Below, piece by piece: positions 63,935 through 64,000 of a DNA stretch of 64,000 nucleotides (position 1 is its first letter; the number at the start of each line of letters is the position of its first letter). The notes beneath the pieces were generated by a model. The model was not told the DNA's origin, made no database searches, and was given only the letters and a program-made list of their open reading frames with translations. The stretch comes from Mytilus trossulus (taxonomy: Eukaryota), in the NCBI RefSeq assembly GCF_036588685.1, contig NC_086382.1:56668001-56732000 (forward strand). The letters run 5' to 3'. Both the position numbers and the translations under genes were made by a program.

Positions 63935-64000
63935 ATGCGCCCGGGTAAATAAAAAGCGCCAGGGGAAAAGAAAAAGCGCCCGGGGAAAAGAAAAAGCGCC
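63935..64000. repeat. 20-bp tandem repeat running off the window end
   Basis: (aaaaagcgccnggggaaaag)n. Confidence 0.8.

Overview
AT-rich, intron-containing eukaryotic DNA. Gene and repeat content point to a bivalve mollusc, most likely a Mytilus-type mussel (inference). I hand-spliced six protein-coding genes, each with GT-AG introns and continuous reading frames. (1) A divergent 6-exon SAR1-family GTPase (+, 3326-7614, 199 aa). (2-5) A cluster of four 3-exon genes for small secreted two-domain cysteine-rich peptides resembling the oyster cvSI / MEROPS I84 serine protease inhibitors. Two are near-identical and His-rich and sit in a tandem segmental duplication that also carries SAR1 last-exon pseudo-copies; the other two are arranged head-to-head. 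(6) A 10-exon secreted protein (-, 42374-62156, 660 aa) with two three-finger/LU-like domains, an EGF domain and a C-terminal IgGFc-binding-protein-type domain. Non-coding DNA is dense in mobile elements: Penelope-like RT fragments, Helentron-associated elements, MITEs and minisatellites. It also holds about a dozen copies, from two sequence families, of a short element carrying a minimal type I hammerhead ribozyme (non-LTR retrozyme-like), several in sense orientation inside introns. Most ORFs in the supplied track are spurious or are single exons read through into introns.
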